A DNA stretch of 64,000 nucleotides from positions 1,152,001-1,216,000 of the forward strand of contig CAWBOS010000010.1 of the NCBI GenBank assembly GCA_963790475.1, read 5' to 3'. The position numbers and the translations under genes were made by a program. Below the pieces are notes generated by a model that had not been told where the DNA came from, made no database searches, and saw only the letters and a list, made by a program, of their open reading frames with translations. Each line of letters begins with the position of its first letter. Position 1 is the stretch's first letter. This document shows, one piece after another, positions 44,388-52,310 of this stretch. This DNA comes from an uncultured delta proteobacterium (GTDB taxonomy: Bacteria; Desulfobacterota; RBG-13-43-22).

Positions 44388-44540
44388 TAGGTTCAAAGTT
44401 CAAAGTTCAAAGTTCGAGGTCTCAGGTCTCAGGTTTAAGGTTTAAGGTTTAAGGTTTGAAATTTACAATTTGCAATTTGACTTTTCTTGCCCAAGGTTTA
44501 AGGTAAAATCCTTACACCGTAAACCGTGTACCTTATACCG
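44388..44540. repeat. Long heptamer tandem array with drifting unit, plus hairpin
   Basis: (gttcaaa)3, (ggtctca)2, (ggtttaa)3, atttaca/atttgca ... ccttacaccgtaaaccgtgtaccttataccg. Confidence 0.75.
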
Positions 44541-44548
44541 GTCTTTTC

Positions 44549-46114
44549 TTACAACAGTCGGGTACTGGTTTCAAAACAAAGTTGGCCCCGGTCAAAGATA
44601 CAATTACCACACATCCGGCAATTTAGACAGCGTTTGGCCTCCTCAATGACCTGCCATTCCGTATATCCTAAATCGGTTTCCTGAAAGGAACGCGTGGCGT
44701 CGCTGTTGGAGAGGGAAGGCATGTTCCAGCGGTCTTTTCTAACCAGGAAGGAAGGGATAACGGTCTCTTCCCCAAGTTTAAACACTTCCTGTGTCTTTTT
44801 CTTCGGTTTCGATTTGAGCTCTTTTCCTCTCAGATATTGATCGATAGAACGGGCCGCCCGATGCCCGGCGGCAATCGCTCCGACAATCGTACCCGGCATG
44901 GCCGCCGCATCTCCGGCGGCAAAAACACCCTTAAGGTTAGTGGCCATAGTCTCCGGATCGATTTTAAAGGTTCCGCCTTTATTCAGATCGACCCCTTGGA
45001 TAAAAGAAGGGTCAGGGACCTGCCCGATGGCCACAATCACCAGGTCCGCTTTCAGGGCTGCTTCACTCCCCGGGCCGGATTCAAGTTCCCAACTGAGCTG
45101 CCCATCCACCCCCCTGTTCATGCTGGCAACCTTGGTAAAGGCCACTCGCTGCGCTTTCCCACCCACTCTGGCGATGATCTTTTGCGGTGCCAGGGAAGGG
45201 AGTATTTCAACCCCCTCTTCTTCGGCCTTTTCGATTTCCCAGGCGAAGGCCGGCATATCGGCCCTGGATTCCAGACAGGCCAGGGTTACCTTTTCCGCTC
45301 CTAAGCGCAATGCGGTCCGGGCGGCATCCACGGCCACGTTCCCGCCGCCGATGATGACCACCTGCCCCTTGATATGACGCTTATCTCCCAGCTTGACCTC
45401 CCGCAGGAAATGGAGGGCCTGAACGACACCCTTCAGATCAATGCCGGGTATGTTCAGTTCAGCGCTTTTCCAGGCCCCGGTGGCCAGAAGGACGGCCTTG
45501 TATCCCTGATTCCAAATATCTTCAAGAGTAAACTCTTTCCCGATACGCATATTCGTTTTAATGTCAACCCCCAGGGCCCTGATATAATCCACTTCGAATT
45601 TTACCACAGGTTTGGGTAGATTAAAATCCGGTATCCCGGCAGCCAGCATCCCACCGGCCACGGGAAGGGCTTCAAAAACACTCACTCCGTAACCGGTTTG
45701 GGCCAGGTCGTGAGCGGCGGTCAAACCCGCGGGGCCCGATCCGATGATCGCCATCCGTTCTTTGGTTCCGCGTTGGGTTCGCGGCTTCTTATGGCCATTA
45801 CCTTGTTCCACCTGGCCGATGAATCTTTTCAGCCATTCAATGGCAATAGGCCGGTCAACGAGCGACCGGGTGCAGGCCTCCTCACAAGGATGATGACAGA
45901 CCCGGCCGCAGATGGAAGGAAATGGATTGGTCTGTCGCACAATAGCCATGGCTTCCTTGAATTTACCCTGGGAAAGGGCAATGACATAGCTCGGGATGTC
46001 CATATGAATGGGGCAGGCCTCTTCACAAGGAGACAGTTTATCCACCATAGGCCAGCATTTTTCCCCATGAACCCGGGAAAGGTTCAGGCTAACTTTTTTC
46101 CGTCCGTGTCCCAC
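44549..46114 (-). CDS. GltD/NfnL-like FAD- and NAD(P)H-dependent Fe-S oxidoreductase
   Basis: PCEEACP, CGRVCHHPCEEAC, GSGPAG, GGGNVAVDAAR, FAAGD and C-terminal EEAKRCLNC. Confidence 0.9.
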   Translation of the reverse strand: MGHGRKKVSLNLSRVHGEKCWPMVDKLSPCEEACPIHMDIPSYVIALSQGKFKEAMAIVRQTNPFPSICGRVCHHPCEEACTRSLVDRPIAIEWLKRFIGQVEQGNGHKKPRTQRGTKERMAIIGSGPAGLTAAHDLAQTGYGVSVFEALPVAGGMLAAGIPDFNLPKPVVKFEVDYIRALGVDIKTNMRIGKEFTLEDIWNQGYKAVLLATGAWKSAELNIPGIDLKGVVQALHFLREVKLGDKRHIKGQVVIIGGGNVAVDAARTALRLGAEKVTLACLESRADMPAFAWEIEKAEEEGVEILPSLAPQKIIARVGGKAQRVAFTKVASMNRGVDGQLSWELESGPGSEAALKADLVIVAIGQVPDPSFIQGVDLNKGGTFKIDPETMATNLKGVFAAGDAAAMPGTIVGAIAAGHRAARSIDQYLRGKELKSKPKKKTQEVFKLGEETVIPSFLVRKDRWNMPSLSNSDATRSFQETDLGYTEWQVIEEAKRCLNCRMCGNCIFDRGQLCFETSTRLL

Positions 46115-46364
46115 GTTGCTTTTCTCCTTAATAAATAATCCCCATCAGAATATTTAATGAATTTTGGTGACCGAGAATCTCACCTTTGGATAAACCTGAT
46201 CAGATCCGAATCAAGATCTCAGAATAAAAGGAGGGTCTATTAATTCAGGGTCCTTATATAGTCATTATTTTATCAACTTTCTTTTTAGACTGTCAAGCCC
46301 AAAAAAATGCATATTGAACTTGCCCTTCTCTTCATTTCTTTGTATTATAATCATCTGGTGCGGA

Positions 46365-47012
46365 ATGTTCAAGATTGATTTGCATGTTCATACTGTTTTC
46401 GGTGGTGACTCTATTATCAAACCGCAGGAGTTAGTTTCTCGTTCCCGACAAGTGGGTTTGGATGCGGTCTGTGTAACGGAACACCATTCTTACTTTCTTA
46501 GCGATCCTTACAAAAAAATTGCTCTGGAAACGGGCTTTCCTATCTTTCAAGGCCTGGAATACCGCGCTCATGAAGGGCATCTGTTGGTTTTCGGACTGAA
46601 AGTCGAACAAGAAGATCTTCCCCCAAGACTGCCGATGCAATGGACCCTGGATTGGGTTCATGGGCGGGGAGGCGTCGCTATCCCGGCCCACCCTTTTCAA
46701 AAATGGGACTCCAACGGCTTTCCCGGGAATCGGATCCATCAATTAAATAATCTTTTCGCCCTGGAAGCCCTGAATGCCAGCCTGTCATCTCAAGAAAATC
46801 ATTTGGCCGCCAAAGCGGCCACCGACCTGAATATTCATAGTATCGGGGGGTCGGACGCCCACGGGCCATCGGTTCTGGGCCGGGCCTATACCCTGTTTCC
46901 GGCCCCGATCACAACTGAGGAAGAACTGGTTCAGGCCTTACGCAACGGTGGATATATCCCCTGTTGGAACGATAATTTTTACAAGGCTGAACATTTAGAC
47001 CATTGGATGTGA
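46365..47012 (+). CDS. PHP-domain phosphoesterase, second copy
   Basis: DLHVHT, VTEHH, GLEY, AHPF and GGSDAH motifs. Confidence 0.9.
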   Translation: MFKIDLHVHTVFGGDSIIKPQELVSRSRQVGLDAVCVTEHHSYFLSDPYKKIALETGFPIFQGLEYRAHEGHLLVFGLKVEQEDLPPRLPMQWTLDWVHGRGGVAIPAHPFQKWDSNGFPGNRIHQLNNLFALEALNASLSSQENHLAAKAATDLNIHSIGGSDAHGPSVLGRAYTLFPAPITTEEELVQALRNGGYIPCWNDNFYKAEHLDHWM

Positions 47013-47035
47013 ATTTTCCCAATAATGGAGAACCC

Positions 47036-48346
47036 TTGAAAAAAAATTTGTTCTTATTAATGGTTTTTGTTTTTTCTTTAACCTTGGGATCAGCTCAGGC
47101 CGCAGCTCCGAATCAACCGGTTTCCGATCCCTTAAGCGGGGCCAGTCTATATGAAACCGTAATGAAATATTCTGAATTTGAAAATCATCAGACCGGAAAT
47201 AAAGGTGATGTCGCCACCTCGAACTGGATTATGGATGAATTGAAAAAGGCCGGTCTGAAAACGGAATTGAAACCATGGAAGCTGCGTCAGTTTTTCCTAA
47301 AAGACTGTGAATTGAAAGTGGATGGTAACCGTTTCGAGAGTTTTCCCGGGTGGCATCCCAATACTCATCCGGTCAAAGGCCCGCTGGCCCTCTTCGACCC
47401 TTCCAATACCGGCAATTTGAAGGGTCATATTGCCTTTGCCGGTCTCAAATACGGTGCGGTTTCCAATACCGGTATGCTTAAAATAGTGGAAAAGGTCCGC
47501 GAGGCCGGGGCCATCGGCCTTATCGTCGCCTGTAAAAATTTCGGCGACTCCGGTATGTTGACAGCCGCCAATGCGGAGAAAAAAGGCCAGGGACCGGAAT
47601 ATTATCAGACCCCGTTGCCTCTACCCGCCGTGGTCGTTGCCGGTGATGATGAAACCCAATTGACCGAGGCCGCTTCGGCCGGAAAAAAAGCGTCAATAAA
47701 GATTACCGGTGTTTCCAAAAAAAACGTGACTGCCTACAATGTGGTCGGTACGCTTAAAAGAGGGGATCAATGGGTCATCATTACCACACCGTCGTCCGGG
47801 TGGTTCCAATGCAGCGGCGAGAGGGGGCCGGGGGTGGCCCTTTTCCTGGGATTGGCCCGATGGACGGCGAAAACGGATTCCAAATACAGTTACATTTTCA
47901 TCGCCAACTCCGGTCACGAGATGGCCTACATGGGGGCTCATTATGTTCCGGCTGAATATCTGCCCGAAAATAAAATCACCAAGGAAAACGTCGCCTGCTG
48001 GTTCCACCTGGGCGCGGCCATCGCTTGCCGGGCCTGGAAAAAGAGGGACATCCTCTACGAACCGCTTAACGAACCCAATAAGGTCTGCTATCTGACTGCC
48101 GTCCCCGGATTGCTCGATTTGGTGAAAGCATCCTTCGGCGAGGTCAAAGGACTGACCATAGGCAGCGGCACTTATGCCGGCGAATTACTCAATATCGTCA
48201 AAGACGGGTATAATGCCTGCGGTTTTTTTGGGTCCAATTATTTTTTCCACACCCGACAGGATAATGACAATGAAACCAGTCCCGCGCTGTTGGACCCGGT
48301 GGGAAAAGGGATGGTCAATTTTTTCAAAACCCTCGAGAAACGCTGA
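47036..48346 (+). CDS. Exported PA-domain / M28-like metallohydrolase
   Basis: TTG start after GGAG, signal peptide, AREAGAIG-type PA segment, YNVVGTL, NSGHEMAYMG and FFHTRQD. Confidence 0.6.
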   Translation: MKKNLFLLMVFVFSLTLGSAQAAAPNQPVSDPLSGASLYETVMKYSEFENHQTGNKGDVATSNWIMDELKKAGLKTELKPWKLRQFFLKDCELKVDGNRFESFPGWHPNTHPVKGPLALFDPSNTGNLKGHIAFAGLKYGAVSNTGMLKIVEKVREAGAIGLIVACKNFGDSGMLTAANAEKKGQGPEYYQTPLPLPAVVVAGDDETQLTEAASAGKKASIKITGVSKKNVTAYNVVGTLKRGDQWVIITTPSSGWFQCSGERGPGVALFLGLARWTAKTDSKYSYIFIANSGHEMAYMGAHYVPAEYLPENKITKENVACWFHLGAAIACRAWKKRDILYEPLNEPNKVCYLTAVPGLLDLVKASFGEVKGLTIGSGTYAGELLNIVKDGYNACGFFGSNYFFHTRQDNDNETSPALLDPVGKGMVNFFKTLEKR

Positions 48347-48377
48347 TAAGGGCCAAGGGAATAACTGGTTAGAGGTT

Positions 48378-48849
48378 TCATTCTTCCGGCTCTACTACCC
48401 GCGCTGCCTCGCTTCCGCAATTCAGGCACTTTCCCCGCATCACCAGGGAGCGTCTCGACATTCCTCCCTCTCGCAGTTGTAACGTCACGATTGTCCGGCA
48501 TTTTGAACACCAGACGCTCTCAAGGATGCTTTGTCTTACCTACTCTGGTATCTTTTCCCATCGTTTCTTTGCCGGAGGTATGAGTTTTGGAAAGGGGTAT
48601 TGCCATGCTTTCCTCGACAAAATGTCGTTTGAAGAGTTCTTTCGCCTTGAGAAAGCCTTCCTCAGTCATTCCCACCGATTTTGCCTTGACAATCGGATTC
48701 GAAATGTAGCCTTTCTCGTGAAGTCTGTTCAGTGTCTCCCAATCGAACCCCTTCCATGCTCGTGCTCCAAGTCCTTCACGTCTTTCATGGGTAACGAGGT
48801 AAAGAAGAGCCAGGGTGTATTCATCTATCTTGTCTTTATCGTAGTTCAT
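48378..48849 (-). pseudogene. DUF6429-like domain plus downstream Zn-ribbon domain (frameshift and nonsense codon); probable gene cassette
   Basis: RAWKGFDWETLNRLHEKGYIS..KAKSV.MTEEG; after a shift at G4 48594-48597 it reads KRWEKIPE*VRQSILESVWCSKC...RGKCLNCG. Confidence 0.7.
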
Positions 48850-48862
48850 TTGTTCTCCTTGG

Positions 48863-48911
48863 GTCGAACGAGAAGCTGAACTGCGGCGTCAGCTTAAGCG
48901 ACTTGTTGGAC
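48863..48911 (-). mobile_element. Short, degenerate attC-like site
   Basis: GTCCAAC-aagtcgcttaagctgacgccgcagttcagcttctc-GTTCGAC directly before the RBS and ATG of the DUF6429-like gene; 49 bp. Confidence 0.55.
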
Positions 48912-49059
48912 CGGTGGCACCCGTCATTATCAAATTAATTATTTTTTTTTCTTTCCCTTTTCGATTACTTCCTTCACTCTGAGTTTAGTAATCTTCGAAA
49001 TTAATTCATATGGAATTGGCTTTCCTATGGGGAACCTTTCGATCGATAATAAAAATATC

Positions 49060-50004
49060 TTACAGTTTTCCCTCTTCAATATCCCTTTTCAGGAGATTGA
49101 TCAGTTCAATATCCTGCCGGCGCTGAAGGGCTTCGCCGCGATCCGGCCAATCATAAAATCCCTTCCCGGATTTCATGCCCAGTTCCCCGCGTTCGACTCG
49201 TTCTTTAATTGGCTCCCAGGCTTCCCGGCCGGCGGCTTTGGCGGCATTGTAGGGGAAATCAAGCCCGATCAGGTCGTTTCGGATAAACCAACCCGTGTTG
49301 GTCATACGGCGCCCAAACCCATACATAATGATTTCGTCGATCATCTGGGGGGTGCAGATCTTTTTATTAACCAGATCCATGATCTCCCGGCCAAGGGCTC
49401 CTTGAAGGCGATTACCGGCATGGGCGGGCACCTCGATAGGAATCACCACCGGTTTCTTTTGAGCTCCGACCAGAATTTGACAAGTGCGTTGGATGGTTTC
49501 CGGAGAGGTCTTTTCTCCTCCCACCACTTCGACCAATGGTAGTAAGTGGGGCGGCTGAAAGTAGTGGGCCACACAACAGCGCTCCGGGTGTTTGATTTCA
49601 TTTTCACTGACAATTCTTGTGGTGGTAAAGTTGGAAGAGTTGGTGGTCAGGATAGCCGAAGCCGGACAAAGCCGATCCATGTCAGCGAAGACTTTTCGTT
49701 TCAGGGTTAAAGATTCCGAAACCGATTCGGAGATATAATCCGCCCCTTCACAGGCCTCTTCCAGGCGGGTGGTCGGGTGCAAAAAGCCATAAGCCTTATC
49801 GGCCTCGGACGCGGTCATCATCCCGGCCTCCACAAAAAATCCCAGGGCCTTTCGCGCCCGCTCCATGGACTGACGGCTGGTCTCCTCCCGGGTGTTGTAC
49901 AGCCAGGTCGGATAACCGGCCCTTATAAAATCGACTCCGATACCAAAACCCATAAGGCCGGCACCGATGATCGCCACTTTGTTAACCCCTTCAACTTTTC
50001 TCAT
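49060..50004 (-). CDS. 3-hydroxyacyl-CoA dehydrogenase family protein
   Basis: IGAGLMGFGI, ESVSE...K, TNSS, HYFQPPHLLPLVEVV and GMKSGKGFYDW motifs. Confidence 0.92.
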   Translation of the reverse strand: MRKVEGVNKVAIIGAGLMGFGIGVDFIRAGYPTWLYNTREETSRQSMERARKALGFFVEAGMMTASEADKAYGFLHPTTRLEEACEGADYISESVSESLTLKRKVFADMDRLCPASAILTTNSSNFTTTRIVSENEIKHPERCCVAHYFQPPHLLPLVEVVGGEKTSPETIQRTCQILVGAQKKPVVIPIEVPAHAGNRLQGALGREIMDLVNKKICTPQMIDEIIMYGFGRRMTNTGWFIRNDLIGLDFPYNAAKAAGREAWEPIKERVERGELGMKSGKGFYDWPDRGEALQRRQDIELINLLKRDIEEGKL

Positions 50005-50123
50005 AGTCTCTTCCTTTCTAAAAAAAGCTGGCAATGGAAGAACAATTTCTTACCTATTGCCCTTAGCCTGTTGTCTGTAACTTGTTTTCACCCCTCTGGG
50101 GCATGAGCTTAGAAAAATGGAAT

Positions 50124-50268
50124 TCGATGTTGCATAAAAATTGATCAATAATATAGTAAAATCCAAACTTCACATAGAGTGACTTTTAGCACTGGCAACG
50201 AAACCATTATAACACTTTGGGATTATAAATAAATTGTCATCTCAAGATCAATTTTTACGCAACTTCGA
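50124..50268. mobile_element. 145-bp MITE-like element with 23-bp terminal inverted repeats
   Basis: tcgatgttgcataaaaattgatc / gatcaatttttacgcaacttcga (21 of 23 match), AT-rich non-coding core. Confidence 0.55.
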
Positions 50269-50470
50269 GGTTGATTACGAATCGGCCACTAAAGCCTTAT
50301 GTCTTTTATTACCTTATCCCTTTCTATTTGTAAACCTTGATGTTGCAAAAGTCGAGGATGTGCCAATTTGGCTCCATAATAATCTGAAGGGAAAATAGGT
50401 TGGATACAAGAAACGAAAACGAAAAGGACGTTAGGAAATTTGTATTGTTTTCGCCGATTTTAGATTATCC

Positions 50471-50510
50471 TTGACAGACAGGACATAATGACTATAATGA
50501 CCATAATGAC
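50471..50510 (+). promoter_or_regulatory. vapBC promoter TTGACA-16-TATAAT overlapped by three 9-bp direct repeats
   Basis: cataatgac-tataatgac-cataatgac at 50484-50510. Confidence 0.8.
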
Positions 50511-50528
50511 CTTTTTAAGGGGATCACT

Positions 50529-50792
50529 ATGAATCCAGAAACCATCAGTATCGCCGAGGCCAAAAAAACTTTCTCCGAACTCTTAGGGAAAGTGGCCTAC
50601 GGGAAAAAAAAGATTATGATCACTAAAAGGGGGAAACCAATGGCCTTGTTGTCTCCGCCGGAAAATATCGATTCCCCACTCTTCGAATTCAAGGGTTGGC
50701 TCAACGAATCGGATCCCTTCTTTTCCTCCATTGATCGAATCGTTCAAGAACGGGCCGAACACAAGCCAAGGGTCTCAAAAAGGAAAAAATAG
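50529..50792 (+). CDS. Phd/YefM family antitoxin
   Basis: ISIAEAKKTFSELL...ITKRGKPMALL. Confidence 0.9.
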   Translation: MNPETISIAEAKKTFSELLGKVAYGKKKIMITKRGKPMALLSPPENIDSPLFEFKGWLNESDPFFSSIDRIVQERAEHKPRVSKRKK

Positions 50793-50797
50793 TTCGA

Positions 50798-51205
50798 ATG
50801 TTTCTGCTGGACACCAATATCCTTAGTGAATTAGTTAAGAAGAAACCCAACCCGTATTTGCTTTCCCGTTTATCGTCCCTTCCGATCCATACCCTTTTCA
50901 CCTCGATTATTTGCCTCATGGAATTACGATATGGAAGTGCCCTGCGGGCCGATTTTGATTCCTTTTGGTCGAAAATTGTGGGACAAGTTATTTTCCAGGT
51001 TCAGGTTATTTCATTGGGTCCGGAAGAAGGATTAATAGCGGGAGACCTACTTGCCCGGTTGAGAAGGAAGGGCCAATCGATCGGGTTGGAAGATATCCTG
51101 ATTTCGTCCACAGCCATTGCTCACAATCTTGTTTTAGTGACAGCAAATATAAAGCACTTTTCAAAAATTGATGGATTGACCGTTGAAAACTGGTTAGTTG
51201 TTTAA
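50798..51205 (+). CDS. vapC: VapC PIN-domain toxin
   Basis: LLDTNILSE, ELRYG, DILI..TA, LVTAN.KHF and LTVENW motifs. Confidence 0.92.
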   Translation: MFLLDTNILSELVKKKPNPYLLSRLSSLPIHTLFTSIICLMELRYGSALRADFDSFWSKIVGQVIFQVQVISLGPEEGLIAGDLLARLRRKGQSIGLEDILISSTAIAHNLVLVTANIKHFSKIDGLTVENWLVV

Positions 51206-51276
51206 TCTGAAGAAACAAGAAATACTTTATTACGTTAGTTTGACCCTATTTACGATTTTTATTCCATAAGGTTAGA

Positions 51277-51307
51277 AACTTGAGGTCGCAAATTGTGACC
51301 TCAAGTT
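51277..51307. repeat. 31-bp palindrome
   Basis: aacttgaggtcgcaa-a-ttgtgacctcaagtt. Confidence 0.7.
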
Positions 51308-51535
51308 CATTCAATTGAGTCGGAACCCGCTTTAACGAGGTTGAGGATTTTGCTGAGGGACGGGGGACAGAAAACAGAGTGCAAAGAAAATGAACCTGCC
51401 CCCCGGCCTAAGCATCTGGAGTTTTGTGTACATTTAAGATTTGAATATACCGGTTGAAGAAACCACCCTGTCCAGATGGTTGGTGTCAACCATTCCGGGC
51501 AGGGGTTCCAATGGTTCCGTTCAGGATCCAATCAG

Positions 51536-52306
51536 CTAATTTTTCTTTCGGCAATCAATGCCATATACCTCTCGCATGGATTTGTCCTGATTGGCATCAA
51601 GGTATTGGATTTCAATAGTGTAGGAATCATGGACAATGCGATCAAGGATGGCATCAGCCAGAGTGGTTTCTGAGATTTTCTTGTGCCAGCCCGCCGGGGC
51701 AAACTGGGAACAAAAAATGGTGGATGCGTTTTTATGGCGGGAGTGAATGATTTCCAATAGATCTCTGGCCTCGGTTTCGGTTAAGGAAACCAGCATCCAT
51801 TCATCCAGGATCAGGAGGCTGTACTTTTTATACTGGTTGATACTCTTCTTGAAGCTTCCTTCTCCCCTGGCAACGGCCAGCTCGGCCAGCAATTCCGGAA
51901 GACGGATGTATTTCACGGTGTAGTGGCGTTTACAGGCTTCCATGCCGAAGGCGCAGGCAATGTACGATTTTCCCGCGCCTGTGGCACCAAGAACAATGAT
52001 GTTATGCTTCTCGGTTATGTATTCACAGCTGGAGAGACGCTCAATCAGGTTTTTGTTGAGCTTTCTGCCGGAATGGTAATTAATTTCTGCGATGCAGGCT
52101 CCCGGCTGGTCAAAGGAGGCATTTTTAATCAGCCGGTGCAGGCGGTTGTTTTTGCGGTTGGTATATTCTATGTCCACCAGCATCCCAAGCCGTTCCTCGA
52201 AGGAAAAGCCCTGCAGGGAACTGTCCTGCAACTGGGTACGGAAGGCATGGGCCATGGCGGGTAGGCGCATTTCAATTAATTTGTTGATAGTGGTTATATT
52301 AGTCAT
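51536..52306 (-). CDS. istB: IS21 helper ATPase IstB
   Basis: GATGAGKS, LLILDEW and ADAILDRIVH motifs. Confidence 0.95.
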   Translation of the reverse strand: MTNITTINKLIEMRLPAMAHAFRTQLQDSSLQGFSFEERLGMLVDIEYTNRKNNRLHRLIKNASFDQPGACIAEINYHSGRKLNKNLIERLSSCEYITEKHNIIVLGATGAGKSYIACAFGMEACKRHYTVKYIRLPELLAELAVARGEGSFKKSINQYKKYSLLILDEWMLVSLTETEARDLLEIIHSRHKNASTIFCSQFAPAGWHKKISETTLADAILDRIVHDSYTIEIQYLDANQDKSMREVYGIDCRKKN

Positions 52307-52310
52307 GACC

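Noticed and set aside
44388-44540. Repeat arrays as CRISPR
   Set aside because: Units are 7-8 nt in tandem with no unique spacers and no cas genes
2945-46114. Selenocysteine recoding in the redox enzymes
   Set aside because: The Cys motifs of AOR, EMO, ETF-QO and the GltD-like protein are complete in uninterrupted frames; no TGA at a catalytic position was seen
48540-48542. In-frame TAG as possible pyrrolysine
   Set aside because: The same gene also has a frameshift, a TGG-to-TAG change explains it, and no pyl genes are in the window
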